From IMG/VR virus record IMGVR_UViG_3300032103_000014: 34,817 bases of DNA. One strand, written 5' to 3'. The notes under the pieces are model-generated. The model was not told the DNA's origin and searched no databases. It saw only the letters and a list, made by a program, of their open reading frames with translations. The stretch is from a virus. Position numbers and translations under genes: made by a program. Positions within the stretch are counted from its first letter, which is position 1. The number at the start of each line of letters is the position of its first letter. Shown one piece after another: positions 17,736 through 27,447 of the stretch.

Positions 17736-20700
17736 ATGCCAAGTTTATATGAAACAACCGCAGCCGTAGGTGATGTAGCGTCTAGCGACTTTACAACGCT
17801 TTACAATGCCAGCGGCTTAACTGTACCAAATGCAGGTGCAGGAAGTGTTAGCGGAAACTTAAACGTAGCAGGCAACTTAACAGTTCAAGGTAACAGTCTA
17901 CTAATAGGCGCAGTTACACTACAAAACACATTAAGTTTACCAAACTACACATTTCCATTAGGAGATGGTACAACTGACCAAGTACTAGTAACAGATGGTT
18001 CAGGTAACGTATATTGGCAAGATGTCACTGCTATTCCGGGTGCTGCATATACAATCCAAGCAGATAATGCTACAGGTGGTGCAAACCTAAGTCTAGTAAG
18101 CAGCAGCGGTGTATTTGACAGTGTTAAATTTGCAGGCGCTGGCGGTATCACTGTAAGTCAAGTTGATGCAAGCACTATTGCAATCACTGGTGCAGAACCA
18201 TTGCCAACTGGTACTAAAGGCGATATGTTGTATTATGATGGTACTGATTGGATTGCCTCTACAGAAATTGCAGCAGACGCTAGTGAACAACGTCCAGTAT
18301 TCATTTACAACAACAGCAGTGCAACTGGATCAAGCCCAGTTCGCTTCCGCAAAAACTACGGTGCATCAACTTATACTACAGGTGCAGCAGTAGGCGTAAC
18401 TTATCAACTAGCCAGCAACACACAAACTGCCAGCGGTTTTGGTGCTAACGGCTTTACATATGATGCTAGCGGCAATCATCAGTTCTACGCAACAATCAGC
18501 AGCGACAACTTTACAACTAGCAACAACATTTTGTTAGCAAGTCCAACAGACTTTAAAGTTGATGCAGGTATTTTAACATTAAACAAAGATGTTGCTGGCA
18601 CACCGACATTAGATGCAACATTCCAAGTTGAACGTGGCACTGCAACTAATGCAACATTAGTATGGAACGAAACATTAGACCGTTGGGAGTTTAACAACGA
18701 GTTATATGTAGGCGGAGTAATTTCTACTAGCCACGAATCTATCAGTATGAACGTTGATAGCACAGCGGCTGACAGTGTTTTAAACTTTAAAGGTACTGCA
18801 CAGTATCTAAAGTGGAACAACACACTAAGTCAATTTGAACTTAGCGATAACTTGTATATCAGCACTGCGAACGAAGCGCCTGCTAAGTTAGAACGCAAAA
18901 AAGATTCTACTGATTTACAGTTTGAAGCAAAGAGTGTTTTACAGTTAAACACTCGTGTTACTGATGCACCTAACAACCAAACAGATGATGGTGGTGGCAA
19001 CATTTTATTTGCTAGAACAAGTGGCGCAAGTGGTGGACCAGAAACACTATACGGTAGTTTCCAATTTGACTACTATGGCTCTACTAACACTGCTGAAGCA
19101 AAATTATTATGGAGTAATGACAACTTTACAGAAACAAGTCCGGGTGTATATCCTGGTACGTTTGCGATGCAACAGTGGAACACTACACGTAGTAAGTTTT
19201 TTAATGACAGTCTGTATGTTAATTACACTACTGCCGGTGCTGCATTAGTTGGTATCAACACAGGTGCACCTGCATATACATTAGATGTTAATGGTGCGGC
19301 TCGCATTGGTACAATAGTTGTAAACAGTGTTCCTAACGTCATTGCTACAACTACAGGCGATATTACTATTGCTCCAGCCAGTGCAGTTACTAATGTTACT
19401 GGTGATGTAAACGTTACTGGTGACGTAATAATGAGTGGCGCTCGCTTTGATATCAACAGTCCTCAAGCAGGTCAGTTGTTAACGTATAACGGCACAAGTT
19501 TTGTCAACAGCAGCACAGTTGCTTTTGCTAGCAATACATACCGCCCAACGTTTTTAGGTAATGCCGGTGTATATGGCAGAAACTATAGTGCAGCATCTTT
19601 CCAAAACAACACAGGTGCTACTGCTTATACAACAGGTGATGGATCTGGTATTTTAATTGGTCTAGACAGTGACACTCAAACAGCGTTAAACTTCGGTGCA
19701 TTAAGTGCAACATATGACGCCGCTGGTAACCATACAGTTAGTATCACCAACAGCACTGAAGGTTTTGCACAAGACCAAGCAACTAGCATCACAGGTGGGA
19801 ATACTCTTGTATTCCCAATAGCACACGGCTGGGCAGCGGGCAATCGTGTTGCATTTATGGGTGCTACACAAAGCGGACTAGTTCAATGGACTCAATACTA
19901 CGTTCTAAGCACAGGTTTAACTACTACACAATGTCAATTGAGTTTGACATCAGGTGGTGCAGCAGTTGCATTAACTAACGGTACTGGTTTAAACTTAAAC
20001 TTTACACGTAACACTAACCGATTACTTCGCGTAGATAACACTGCAACATATCTAGCAGGACAGAACTTAACGCTTAATGCATTAAACACAGGTATTGCAG
20101 GTTCTAATGCAAGTATTATTGTTGAGCGCGGAACAAGTGGTGCTGATGCAACTATTACTTGGGACAACACAAACAGTTTCTGGAACTTCAGCAACGATGT
20201 GTTTGCTAGTGGTGCTATTATTGGTAACACTACTATTGCTACAAATGGCGATAACATTTATTTTAATTACGATGATGGCGGCGCCGGTGCTACTAGCAAC
20301 TTAACAGTTCGTCGTGGCACTAACCCAGATGTAAGTGTACGATGGGACGAAACAACTGATCGTTGGGCAACTACTACTGACGGTTCAACATTCATTAACT
20401 TACCTAACCAAGCGTTAGATACAACCAGCGATGTTAATTTTAGTAGTGTCGTATTAGATAATCGTTCTGGTACTGATACGCAAGCGTTAAATACAACTAG
20501 CACCGCAACAGTTGCTATAGCATCTACAACAAGAAACGTACTTAAAGCAGTAATCTACATTACAGATACTGTAACTGGTGCAGTTCACGCAGTAGAAGCA
20601 TTAGCAATGCGTAGTGGCGCAACAGGTATGTTAACAACATACGGTGAAATGTACAGTGTAAGTGCATTGGCTACATTCACAGCAGATGTGTCTGGAGGCA

Positions 20701-20774
20701 GTTTAAGAATACTAGCAACTCCAGCAAGTGCTAACTCAACTGATTTCAGTGCAGTTAGAACAAGTTTAACCTAA
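17736..20774 (+). CDS. tail fibre / tail spike-like protein
   Basis: 1012 aa, Thr/Ser/Asn/Gly-rich. It has repeated fibre motifs: G(T/x)xGQ(V/L)L(V/T)xDG(S/T)G..W-type (GTTDQVLVTDGSGNVYW, GTKGDMLYYDGTDW, QAGQLLTYNGTSF). It also has four W-x-(E/N)T-x-x-x-W/F modules (VWNETLDRWEF, KWNNTLSQFEL, TWDNTNSFWNF, RWDETTDRWAT). Confidence 0.75.
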   Translation: MPSLYETTAAVGDVASSDFTTLYNASGLTVPNAGAGSVSGNLNVAGNLTVQGNSLLIGAVTLQNTLSLPNYTFPLGDGTTDQVLVTDGSGNVYWQDVTAIPGAAYTIQADNATGGANLSLVSSSGVFDSVKFAGAGGITVSQVDASTIAITGAEPLPTGTKGDMLYYDGTDWIASTEIAADASEQRPVFIYNNSSATGSSPVRFRKNYGASTYTTGAAVGVTYQLASNTQTASGFGANGFTYDASGNHQFYATISSDNFTTSNNILLASPTDFKVDAGILTLNKDVAGTPTLDATFQVERGTATNATLVWNETLDRWEFNNELYVGGVISTSHESISMNVDSTAADSVLNFKGTAQYLKWNNTLSQFELSDNLYISTANEAPAKLERKKDSTDLQFEAKSVLQLNTRVTDAPNNQTDDGGGNILFARTSGASGGPETLYGSFQFDYYGSTNTAEAKLLWSNDNFTETSPGVYPGTFAMQQWNTTRSKFFNDSLYVNYTTAGAALVGINTGAPAYTLDVNGAARIGTIVVNSVPNVIATTTGDITIAPASAVTNVTGDVNVTGDVIMSGARFDINSPQAGQLLTYNGTSFVNSSTVAFASNTYRPTFLGNAGVYGRNYSAASFQNNTGATAYTTGDGSGILIGLDSDTQTALNFGALSATYDAAGNHTVSITNSTEGFAQDQATSITGGNTLVFPIAHGWAAGNRVAFMGATQSGLVQWTQYYVLSTGLTTTQCQLSLTSGGAAVALTNGTGLNLNFTRNTNRLLRVDNTATYLAGQNLTLNALNTGIAGSNASIIVERGTSGADATITWDNTNSFWNFSNDVFASGAIIGNTTIATNGDNIYFNYDDGGAGATSNLTVRRGTNPDVSVRWDETTDRWATTTDGSTFINLPNQALDTTSDVNFSSVVLDNRSGTDTQALNTTSTATVAIASTTRNVLKAVIYITDTVTGAVHAVEALAMRSGATGMLTTYGEMYSVSALATFTADVSGGSLRILATPASANSTDFSAVRTSLT

Positions 20775-20791
20775 TAGGGATTGTGTGAACT

Positions 20792-23700
20792 ATGAGTAAC
20801 GAAAAATTTAGAGTCAAATTTGGCTTAGCGGTTGGCGATACAGCCGCTACCATTGATGGCACATCCGGCAATATCTATACTGCCGGCAATGCTACAGTAA
20901 ACAGTAATCTTCAAGTAAACGGAGCAACTACACTAGGTAACGCAGCAGGTGATACTGTTGCCGTTAACGGTAATGTCGCAGGTAACATTACTTTTACAGA
21001 CAATTCAACTACAACTAGCCGCGGTGTTGGTGGTACAGTGGGTGCTACTGACTATTGGAAGTTTGGTGGCGCTGCAACAGGCTCTAACGCTGGTTATGCA
21101 GAAATTGCCACTGGTGACGATGGTACAGAACCAATTTATGTAAGACAGTATACCGCCGGAACAGTAACTAACCAAGCAACTCTTTTAGATGCTAACGGCA
21201 ATACACAACTTCCAGGCGATTTAGTTGTTGGCGGTGGTGATTTAACTGTAACAGGCAATGGCTACATTTACAGTTCAACTGACCTAGCATTACAATTAAC
21301 AGGTCCAGATGTACGCACACCTGGCGACTTAACTGCTGATGGTAACATTATAGGCAACTTGGGCGCACAAGTTGATAAAACTATGGCAGCAGGTGGTATG
21401 GCTGTTGATGCTAACGGTGACGTATTGGTATTCAATTCAACAACCAATACTACACGTCAGCCTGTCGGCGTATTCGTTGACAACACTACACCTGGGCGTC
21501 GTGCAAACGTAATGTTACGTGAGTATGGACAAAACACAGGTGACTTGGCTACTAGCAGTACAGTCGGTCAAGCAACATTTAACTTAGAAGCAAGTCGCGG
21601 CACAGCAGCAGCACCTACAGTAGTTAACGTAAACAACAGTGCAATGGGTGTAATGGCAGCAGGTGGCTGGGATGGTTTACGTTGGACAAGTGAAGCCGGT
21701 GCGGGCGCACCTGGTGTTATTGCTTTCCAAAACACGGAAACTTGGAGTGCTGGCACAGCCGTGTTTACTGGTAGTATCAGTGGTACAACATTAACCGTTA
21801 CAGCAGTTACCAGCGGAAACATTGCAGCAGGTATGTTGTTAACTGGCACAGGTATTCCGGTAGGCTTGTTAATTAGTGCAGTTGGCACAAACACAAACGG
21901 TGGTGTTGGTACATACACTGTTAGCACAAGTGCAACAGTGGCCAGCACAACAATTACAGGTACTGGTACAAATGCCGCTGGTATGCGATTAGTATTGAGT
22001 CAACAGCCAACAGGTATCAAAGCATCTGGTGTAACAAGCCGACAAGCAACAGCAGTTTATAGCAATAACGCTCCTTCAACTACCACAGTTAACAGTGTAA
22101 CAGTTGCTAACGCTCCGGGTGTTACTACAATACTTGGTGTTGTTGACTCGGCAGAAATCACACTAGTAAGCACAGACGGTACTAAAATTTACAAAGGTCG
22201 TGGTGCAAGTCCATTACAGCAAGCCGGCGGACAAATTGTTCACGTTGGTGTTCCAACAGAAGATACTGCAAGTTTTGCTGGTTACATTGACAACGGCGCT
22301 GGTGCAGCAGGTAACACACTAACAGTCACCAGCGTTGTTAGTGGCACTATTAGCATTGGTAGTTTAGTTAACGCTAACGGTGTTCAACCTGCAACATTCA
22401 TTACTGCACTAGGCTCTGGAACGGGCGGTGTTGGTACGTACACTGTTGCAACTACCTACGCTACAGCAGGTCAATTGTTAGGTTCTTCTGGCACACCAGT
22501 TAATATGGTCAGTAGCCCAGACAACTATTCAATGCGTAACTCAAACGTTCTTACAACCAACGCACACCGTAAGAGCACAGTAAGCACACGTAGAGCACCG
22601 TTAAAATCAGGTGACACTGTATACCAATTTGATCACTGGGGACAAAACGGCACTGGTTTTGCTAACACTGGATCTGGTAACCGTGCGGCACGTATGCGTT
22701 ATAGTGCTACTGCCGACTTTACTACAACTAGCACACCTACCAAGTGGGAATTACAACTAACAGCACCTGGTACTGTTACTCCTGCTAACGTTATTTCTGC
22801 ACAAACAACTAACACAACAATTAAGAGTGACACTTATAACTTGCAAACATTTGCAGGCACTAACATTGTCACACTTGCCGCGGGCAACGTTGGATTAGGT
22901 GATGTAAGTGCAGTTAAAATCACCGGTGGTAGTGTTGGACAAGCATTGGTAACAGACGGTGCCGGTAACTTGAGTTGGAGTGCAGGCGGTGGTAATCCAT
23001 TTGACCAAAACTTAAACACAACAGATGACGTTGAATTTAACACAGTGAACATTGCCGGTACAAGTACTATTTCGTGGAGTACCGACGACAACAGTTTACA
23101 ATACACCGTTAACGGTATTAGTGCACAAATCGGTCAAGACACACTTAAAGTTAAAAACGAAACAGGCGCAACTGTAACAAAAGGTACTGTAGTTCGTATC
23201 CTAGGATCAACCGGTACTAATATGACTGTTGGCTTAGCCGATAATACAAACGAAGCAGCCAGTGCAAGTACTATTGGTTTTGCAGCACAGGACATAGTTG
23301 ACAACGCAACTGGTATGGTATTCACTAACGATTACCTAACAGGATTAGATACTAGTGCTATTGCAGCAGGTACACCGATTTGGTTAGGTACTAGCGGACA
23401 ATACACTGCAACTAAGCCAGTGAGCCCGGCACACTTGGTATTTTTAGGTTGGGTTGTTCGCAGTCACGCAACTGAGGGTATCATTTACATTAACGTACAA
23501 AACGGTTGGGAACTAGAAGAACTACACGATGTGTTGATTACAGATCCAGTAGATGGACAAGTATTAACATATGATTCTACAACTGGCTTATGGGTCAACC
23601 AAACTCCAGCAGCAGTGTTGCCCAACTTTATCATTGGTTCTGCAACTTATCCTTGGACTTACGGACCAAACACTATTATAACCGGTGCGGTTAAAAGTAC

Positions 23701-24223
23701 AGCCAGTGTCAGTGTTAACAGCGTTCAGTATCAACCATTGATACTAACAAAACCTATTACTATCACTGACTTGGGCTTATACGTTGGTACTGCAACAACT
23801 CTAGCCAACTGTAACGTAATGATTTACATCAATAGTGTAACTTCAGGTACTAGCGGATGGCAACCAACTGGATTAGTAGCCTACGCCGGTGAAATTACTA
23901 ACATCACTACAACAGGTGCAAAAAGTATTACAGGTTTAAACATTACACTAGAACCAGGATATTACGTAATCGCAGTGCAAATAAGCAACTTTACAGGTAC
24001 ATTTGGTATTAGTTGCGGTATTGGCGCAGTTAATGCATCTAGTAACAGTGTACCAATGTACAGTGATGCTATGGGTGCTGCATTTAATATTAACAACTTA
24101 TGGGCGAGAACCGCTGTTACATACACTAGCGGGACTCCTGCAGCAATCGCTAACTTTACACCAAGCGGATCCGGTCAAGCAGGTAAGAATTTCTTCGTTG
24201 CAATGAAGTATACAAACGCATAA
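20792..24223 (+). CDS. tail fibre / receptor-binding protein
   Basis: 1143 aa. It has the same GxxGQ(A/V)L(V/T)xDxxG..W motifs ([33 protein letters not shown]). There is an internal domain duplication of about 60 aa (nt about 21761-21960 and about 22271-22480, both ending GGVGTYTV). The C-terminus is distinct. Confidence 0.75.
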   Translation: MSNEKFRVKFGLAVGDTAATIDGTSGNIYTAGNATVNSNLQVNGATTLGNAAGDTVAVNGNVAGNITFTDNSTTTSRGVGGTVGATDYWKFGGAATGSNAGYAEIATGDDGTEPIYVRQYTAGTVTNQATLLDANGNTQLPGDLVVGGGDLTVTGNGYIYSSTDLALQLTGPDVRTPGDLTADGNIIGNLGAQVDKTMAAGGMAVDANGDVLVFNSTTNTTRQPVGVFVDNTTPGRRANVMLREYGQNTGDLATSSTVGQATFNLEASRGTAAAPTVVNVNNSAMGVMAAGGWDGLRWTSEAGAGAPGVIAFQNTETWSAGTAVFTGSISGTTLTVTAVTSGNIAAGMLLTGTGIPVGLLISAVGTNTNGGVGTYTVSTSATVASTTITGTGTNAAGMRLVLSQQPTGIKASGVTSRQATAVYSNNAPSTTTVNSVTVANAPGVTTILGVVDSAEITLVSTDGTKIYKGRGASPLQQAGGQIVHVGVPTEDTASFAGYIDNGAGAAGNTLTVTSVVSGTISIGSLVNANGVQPATFITALGSGTGGVGTYTVATTYATAGQLLGSSGTPVNMVSSPDNYSMRNSNVLTTNAHRKSTVSTRRAPLKSGDTVYQFDHWGQNGTGFANTGSGNRAARMRYSATADFTTTSTPTKWELQLTAPGTVTPANVISAQTTNTTIKSDTYNLQTFAGTNIVTLAAGNVGLGDVSAVKITGGSVGQALVTDGAGNLSWSAGGGNPFDQNLNTTDDVEFNTVNIAGTSTISWSTDDNSLQYTVNGISAQIGQDTLKVKNETGATVTKGTVVRILGSTGTNMTVGLADNTNEAASASTIGFAAQDIVDNATGMVFTNDYLTGLDTSAIAAGTPIWLGTSGQYTATKPVSPAHLVFLGWVVRSHATEGIIYINVQNGWELEELHDVLITDPVDGQVLTYDSTTGLWVNQTPAAVLPNFIIGSATYPWTYGPNTIITGAVKSTASVSVNSVQYQPLILTKPITITDLGLYVGTATTLANCNVMIYINSVTSGTSGWQPTGLVAYAGEITNITTTGAKSITGLNITLEPGYYVIAVQISNFTGTFGISCGIGAVNASSNSVPMYSDAMGAAFNINNLWARTAVTYTSGTPAAIANFTPSGSGQAGKNFFVAMKYTNA

Positions 24224-24232
24224 GGACACAAA

Positions 24233-24394
24233 ATGATTAGAATAGAAATTGATGAAGTTTTTGACATACACGGCAATCTTGTAAGCCGCACAGAACGTCA
24301 GGTAGAAGTGCCTGACAACACAATGACCGACGTTGTTGCTGGTTTAACTGAAGAACAGCGTGTCGCGTTGTTACAAGCATTGCAGGGTGTATAA
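24233..24394 (+). CDS. small hypothetical protein (53 aa), below the ORF-track cutoff
   Basis: It reads ATG at 24233 through TAA at 24392-24394: MIRIEIDEVFDIHGNLVSRTERQVEVPDNTMTDVVAGLTEEQRVALLQALQGV. AAGGACA lies upstream. The stop overlaps the next ATG by 1 nt. Confidence 0.5.
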   Translation: MIRIEIDEVFDIHGNLVSRTERQVEVPDNTMTDVVAGLTEEQRVALLQALQGV

Positions 24395-24666
24395 TGAGTC
24401 ACGAAGAACAAAACTTAGCGGCGCACGTGGAGATATGTGCTATTAGATACAAAGGTATCCAGGAGAAGATTGATGGCATTGAAACAAGGATCACTAAAGT
24501 GGAAACTAGTATCGCAGATGTTAAAACTCAAATGCATACCAACTTCGCCGAAATTAAACTTTTACTTGAAAAGCAATCTAATTCACGTGCGGTTCAAGTG
24601 ATTGCTACTATTGGTACTGTAGCGGCTGCTATCATAGGTGTTATAGGGTATATGATACACAAATAA
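24394..24666 (+). CDS. C-terminally membrane-anchored coiled-coil protein, possibly a lysis or holin-like component
   Basis: 90 aa. A helical N-terminal region is followed by one hydrophobic segment, AVQVIATIGTVAAAIIGVIGYMI, then HK. Lies between the fibre genes and the endolysin. Confidence 0.4.
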   Translation: MSHEEQNLAAHVEICAIRYKGIQEKIDGIETRITKVETSIADVKTQMHTNFAEIKLLLEKQSNSRAVQVIATIGTVAAAIIGVIGYMIHK

Positions 24667-24689
24667 CGCTGTCGGGGATAAATTAGTAT

Positions 24690-25019
24690 ATGAGCAAACA
24701 TAAACTAAGAATCCCCGATCCGCGTATAGCAATCAGCAAGCACATTGGCTGGTTAAAAGCCGACGAAGCCGTCACCTTCTCAAGTCCAGAGCCGGATGCT
24801 TATAACTATGCCATCCGTGCTGCAAAGCCTTTAAATTGCTTGGCGCTAGACTATCAAATATTCTACAAACAGCCCAACGACCAATGGTGGAGTGTTTATT
24901 ACGTAGCCGACCAAGACAAAGAAGACTTTATGCGTTGGTTAGGTAATCAGGACTTTGAGGTCTATTGGGACACCAAGTCCGGTGCAACTCTTGCACAACA
25001 GACTGTGGATGTGTTTTGA
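24690..25019 (+). CDS. hypothetical protein (109 aa)
   Basis: ORF with no recognised motif. Its start codon lies in the loop of an 8-bp inverted repeat (24672-24679 / 24711-24718). Confidence 0.55.
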   Translation: MSKHKLRIPDPRIAISKHIGWLKADEAVTFSSPEPDAYNYAIRAAKPLNCLALDYQIFYKQPNDQWWSVYYVADQDKEDFMRWLGNQDFEVYWDTKSGATLAQQTVDVF

Positions 25020-25068
25020 TAAATAACTATGCTGTATTAAAGGCAGCGCATATATCCTTTTGAAGTTT

Positions 25069-25100
25069 ACCCCGGATCAGCAATGGTTCGGGGTTTTTTT
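25069..25100 (+). terminator. rho-independent terminator
   Basis: ACCCCGGATC ... GGTTCGGGGT stem with G-U pairs, followed by TTTTTTT (25094-25100). It lies inside the 5' extension of the track ORF 25060..25554, which argues against that extension. Confidence 0.8.
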
Positions 25101-25104
25101 AATT

Positions 25105-25554
25105 ATGAACTTATCACCACACTTTACACTTGAAGAATTTACAGTAAGCCAAACTGCTACAAGATTGGGCATAACTAATCTCCCAAGCCCTGTTGTTATT
25201 GCCAACTTGCAAAATTTGTGCATCAACTTGTTAGAGCCATTGCGTACTAGACTTGGGCGCAGTATCAAAATTAGCAGTGGCTATCGTTGCAACTTGTTAA
25301 ACGCAAAGATAGGTGGTGCTGACAACAGCCAGCACACTTTTGGTGAAGCAGCCGATATTATTGTTGCTGGTATGACTCCATATGAAGTTGCTTGCACGGT
25401 TAGAGACGAGTTTAACTATGACCAATGCATTTTGGAGTTCGGTGAATGGACGCACTTGAGCCTACGTATGATACCAACTAGCAATAGACGTATGCCATTG
25501 ACTGCAATGAAACGAGATGGTCGTACGGTCTATGTTGGTGGTATACTAAACTAA
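25105..25554 (+). CDS. peptidase M15A-type (zinc D-Ala-D-Ala carboxypeptidase-like) endolysin
   Basis: 149 aa starting at MNLSPHFTLEEFTVSQTA. Contains SGYRC...N...GG..NSQHTFGEAADI and EFGEWTHLS, which is the H-x6-D ... H zinc-site pattern of phage M15 peptidases. The start is moved from the track TTG at 25060 to the ATG at 25105, just after the terminator. Confidence 0.85.
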   Translation: MNLSPHFTLEEFTVSQTATRLGITNLPSPVVIANLQNLCINLLEPLRTRLGRSIKISSGYRCNLLNAKIGGADNSQHTFGEAADIIVAGMTPYEVACTVRDEFNYDQCILEFGEWTHLSLRMIPTSNRRMPLTAMKRDGRTVYVGGILN

Positions 25555-25559
25555 AGTAT

Positions 25560-25589
25560 TAGGTAATACTTTCGTATGTGTTGTATAAT
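25560..25589 (+). promoter_or_regulatory. candidate sigma70-type promoter (TAGGTA - 18 nt - TATAAT)
   Basis: TATAAT lies at 25584-25589 inside the inverted repeat TGTTG/CAACA. TAGGTA lies at 25560-25565 inside the 9-bp-arm palindrome AAAGTATTA..TAATACTTT (25553-25572). Confidence 0.4.
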
Positions 25590-25623
25590 ACAACATAACC
25601 CTATGCAATGTAGGGTCATTAAA

Positions 25624-25652
25624 TAGGTACAAATTCAATAGAGTGTTATAAT
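25624..25652 (+). promoter_or_regulatory. candidate extended -10 promoter (TAGGTA - 17 nt - TGtTATAAT)
   Basis: TG at 25644-25645 and TATAAT at 25647-25652, flanked by AGTGT/ACACT arms. TAGGTA at 25624-25629. The -10 region is nearly the same as that of the upstream promoter candidate. It lies about 38 nt upstream of the ATG at 25690. Confidence 0.5.
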
Positions 25653-25689
25653 ACACTTATGTTCAACAAACAACGCAAGGAGCGTTAAG

Positions 25690-26379
25690 ATGATGTTTCG
25701 CGATGATATGACTGCACTCGGTATTAAACTTAATCAAGCGGTCACAGCAGAATTGGTAATGGAAGGCATTGCCGCTTTTAAGCAAAATAAGAAATACATT
25801 GATTATAGTAGTGATTGGTATATCCAAACCACCGACAAAGAAGTTGTCATTGCTATGAGTGCTACAGATGGTTTCCTATCTGGTTGTGCCCATAACAATT
25901 TTAGCGAAAACAAGTATCGTATCTTTGGCTGGCTGGAATGTTTCTTTGCTATCAAAGGTGTTAAAGCCCGTGACGCTGAATTCAATCACTATGCTGGTTT
26001 TAGTCCTTTTAATCGCGACAAAGATTACACACATTATGGCACAGGCCGAGTTGGGCAATTCTTCCAAACAGTTGAGAGTTTTGGCAACTGGCAAGGTAAA
26101 ACACTCAAGCCAATGATTGAAATCCAAAACTGGCACGGCGACTCTAAACTTAACAAGTTCTATGCTCCAGCAGAAGAATACAGCGACATCGTTGATATCA
26201 CTGAGTATGTTCGCTATGTCAATGAAGACCTAAATCGTCACTTGTATACCGGCGAACTTAATCGTGTGTTTAATCGTTTGCCACGCGAACAAGTTGAAGA
26301 AGTTCTGTTGATAGCAGTGCTCAAGTATGGTCCCGTAAATACTAAAACTTGGTATGATGCAACTAAAGAGGCAGCATAA
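25690..26379 (+). CDS. hypothetical early-region protein (229 aa)
   Basis: RBS AAGGAG 6-7 nt upstream of the ATG. No motif recognised. Confidence 0.65.
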   Translation: MMFRDDMTALGIKLNQAVTAELVMEGIAAFKQNKKYIDYSSDWYIQTTDKEVVIAMSATDGFLSGCAHNNFSENKYRIFGWLECFFAIKGVKARDAEFNHYAGFSPFNRDKDYTHYGTGRVGQFFQTVESFGNWQGKTLKPMIEIQNWHGDSKLNKFYAPAEEYSDIVDITEYVRYVNEDLNRHLYTGELNRVFNRLPREQVEEVLLIAVLKYGPVNTKTWYDATKEAA

Positions 26380-26493
26380 ATGACTACACTACTTGGTATC
26401 TTGTTGGCAATTGCAGTGCCCTTAACCGTGTTAGCACTTGCTGGGTTAGTTGGTGTTTATTTTGCTAAGTTTATCTTTTGGCTTGCACGATGA
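26380..26493 (+). CDS. small single-pass hydrophobic peptide (37 aa), below the ORF-track cutoff
   Basis: The ATG follows the upstream TAA directly: MTTLLGILLAIAVPLTVLALAGLVGVYFAKFIFWLAR. Its TGA (26491-26493) overlaps the ATG at 26490 of the next ORF (ATGA). Confidence 0.5.
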   Translation: MTTLLGILLAIAVPLTVLALAGLVGVYFAKFIFWLAR

Positions 26494-26789
26494 AGTTACC
26501 ATACGCACTACTAAACGCCAGTGCTGACCCAGAAGGCACACTTACAGCATTGACTTGGCTAAAGCAGTTCTACGCCAAATATCCCACGGGTGCTGAACTT
26601 GCCGAAGCACTTTACCAATACCGAAAAGAAAATAATTTAATCGTTGAGCAAGCAGAAAAACGCAAAAAGATAAAACAACTGCAAGAGGAATTAAATGACG
26701 CAGACAATGGAACACCTGTTGATGTACCTGCAACTGGAACAAAATCTGCGGGACCTAAAAAACCTACTCGGCCAACAACTGCTACTTGA
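26490..26789 (+). CDS. hypothetical protein (99 aa)
   Basis: The track starts at the TTG at 26478. I prefer the ATG at 26490 (MKLPYALL...), which is coupled to the upstream peptide. It has a coiled-coil-like KRKKIKQLQEEL stretch and a Pro/Thr/Lys-rich tail. Confidence 0.55.
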   Translation: MKLPYALLNASADPEGTLTALTWLKQFYAKYPTGAELAEALYQYRKENNLIVEQAEKRKKIKQLQEELNDADNGTPVDVPATGTKSAGPKKPTRPTTAT

Positions 26790-26901
26790 GTTCTTGGAAC
26801 TTGCTGTCACAAATGTTATGACAGAGGATAAATAATAGTGTGCAAGCAGGCTTTCTCTCCTTATACTGGCCATAGTGTATTTCCTTTGACCCTGTTTGCA
26901 T

Positions 26902-26933
26902 AATAACCCTGCTAAACCCAGGGTTATTTTTTT
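26902..26933 (+). terminator. rho-independent terminator
   Basis: AATAACCCTG (26902-26911), 7-nt loop, CAGGGTTATT (26919-26928), with the T run extending to 26933. Confidence 0.85.
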
Positions 26934-26962
26934 GCGTTTTTTACCCCATTTACCACTAGTTC

Positions 26963-26992
26963 TTGACAAGCAAGGTAAATACATTATATAAT
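26963..26992 (+). promoter_or_regulatory. sigma70 consensus-hexamer promoter (TTGACA - 18 nt - TATAAT)
   Basis: TTGACA at 26963-26968 and TATAAT at 26987-26992. It lies about 20 nt upstream of the ATG at 27013 (RBS AAGGAGA). Confidence 0.75.
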
Positions 26993-27012
26993 AACACAAA
27001 GGAGAAATCATT

Positions 27013-27447
27013 ATGGCTAATGATCAAACATTACGAAAAGTCAGTGAGTGGCTTAGTAGTTGTCAAAACAGGTTTGCTAATATGCAAGCCGCAGGTTTGG
27101 ATATGAATGGATATCCAGCAATTAAACAAGCAATGGAGAACTTTGATAAAAAGGGCTATTTCTCAGTAGGTGAGATACAGTATCTTTTTAACAGAAGTCA
27201 CCCAAAAGGCGCACTTCCAAAATATAACAAGCACAAAGGCTATCACAAAACAATGGGTGATATGTTAGAGTGCCCGCTCAAAGAACTAATTGATAGTAAC
27301 TTAGTCAATTGGCGTAGTGGGCAAAACGGCGTTATACAGCCTGCACTGATACAGGCAATTAGTGAAGAAACCAGTTGGGAATGGCGTATGGGCAATCTAC
27401 GTGCCAAATATAATACATCATTTAGCGACTTGTTTGATACAAAATGA
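27013..27447 (+). CDS. hypothetical protein (144 aa)
   Basis: Strong RBS and promoter directly upstream. No motif recognised. Confidence 0.65.
   Translation: MANDQTLRKVSEWLSSCQNRFANMQAAGLDMNGYPAIKQAMENFDKKGYFSVGEIQYLFNRSHPKGALPKYNKHKGYHKTMGDMLECPLKELIDSNLVNWRSGQNGVIQPALIQAISEETSWEWRMGNLRAKYNTSFSDLFDTK

Noticed and set aside
17736-24223. A diversity-generating retroelement or retron targeting the fibre genes.
   Set aside because: No reverse-transcriptase ORF exists anywhere in the window. No template-repeat/variable-repeat pair with A-specific mismatches was seen. The internal repeats are protein-domain duplications with ordinary divergence.
25060-25104. N-terminal extensions and TTG/GTG starts used by the ORF track: 25060 for the endolysin, 10813 portal, 26478, 29716, 32531 and 6159(-).
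   Set aside because: In each case an in-frame ATG a few codons downstream has a better RBS or coupling. For the endolysin, the extension would run through an intrinsic terminator.
26838-26903. A possible 21-aa ORF (GTG at 26838, VCKQAFSPYTGHSVFPLTLFA) with GAGGA upstream, together with a hairpin at 26804-26824, in the ~110-nt 3' UTR before the 26902 terminator.
   Set aside because: It is short, starts with GTG, and has no supporting conservation. It may simply be 3' UTR sequence.
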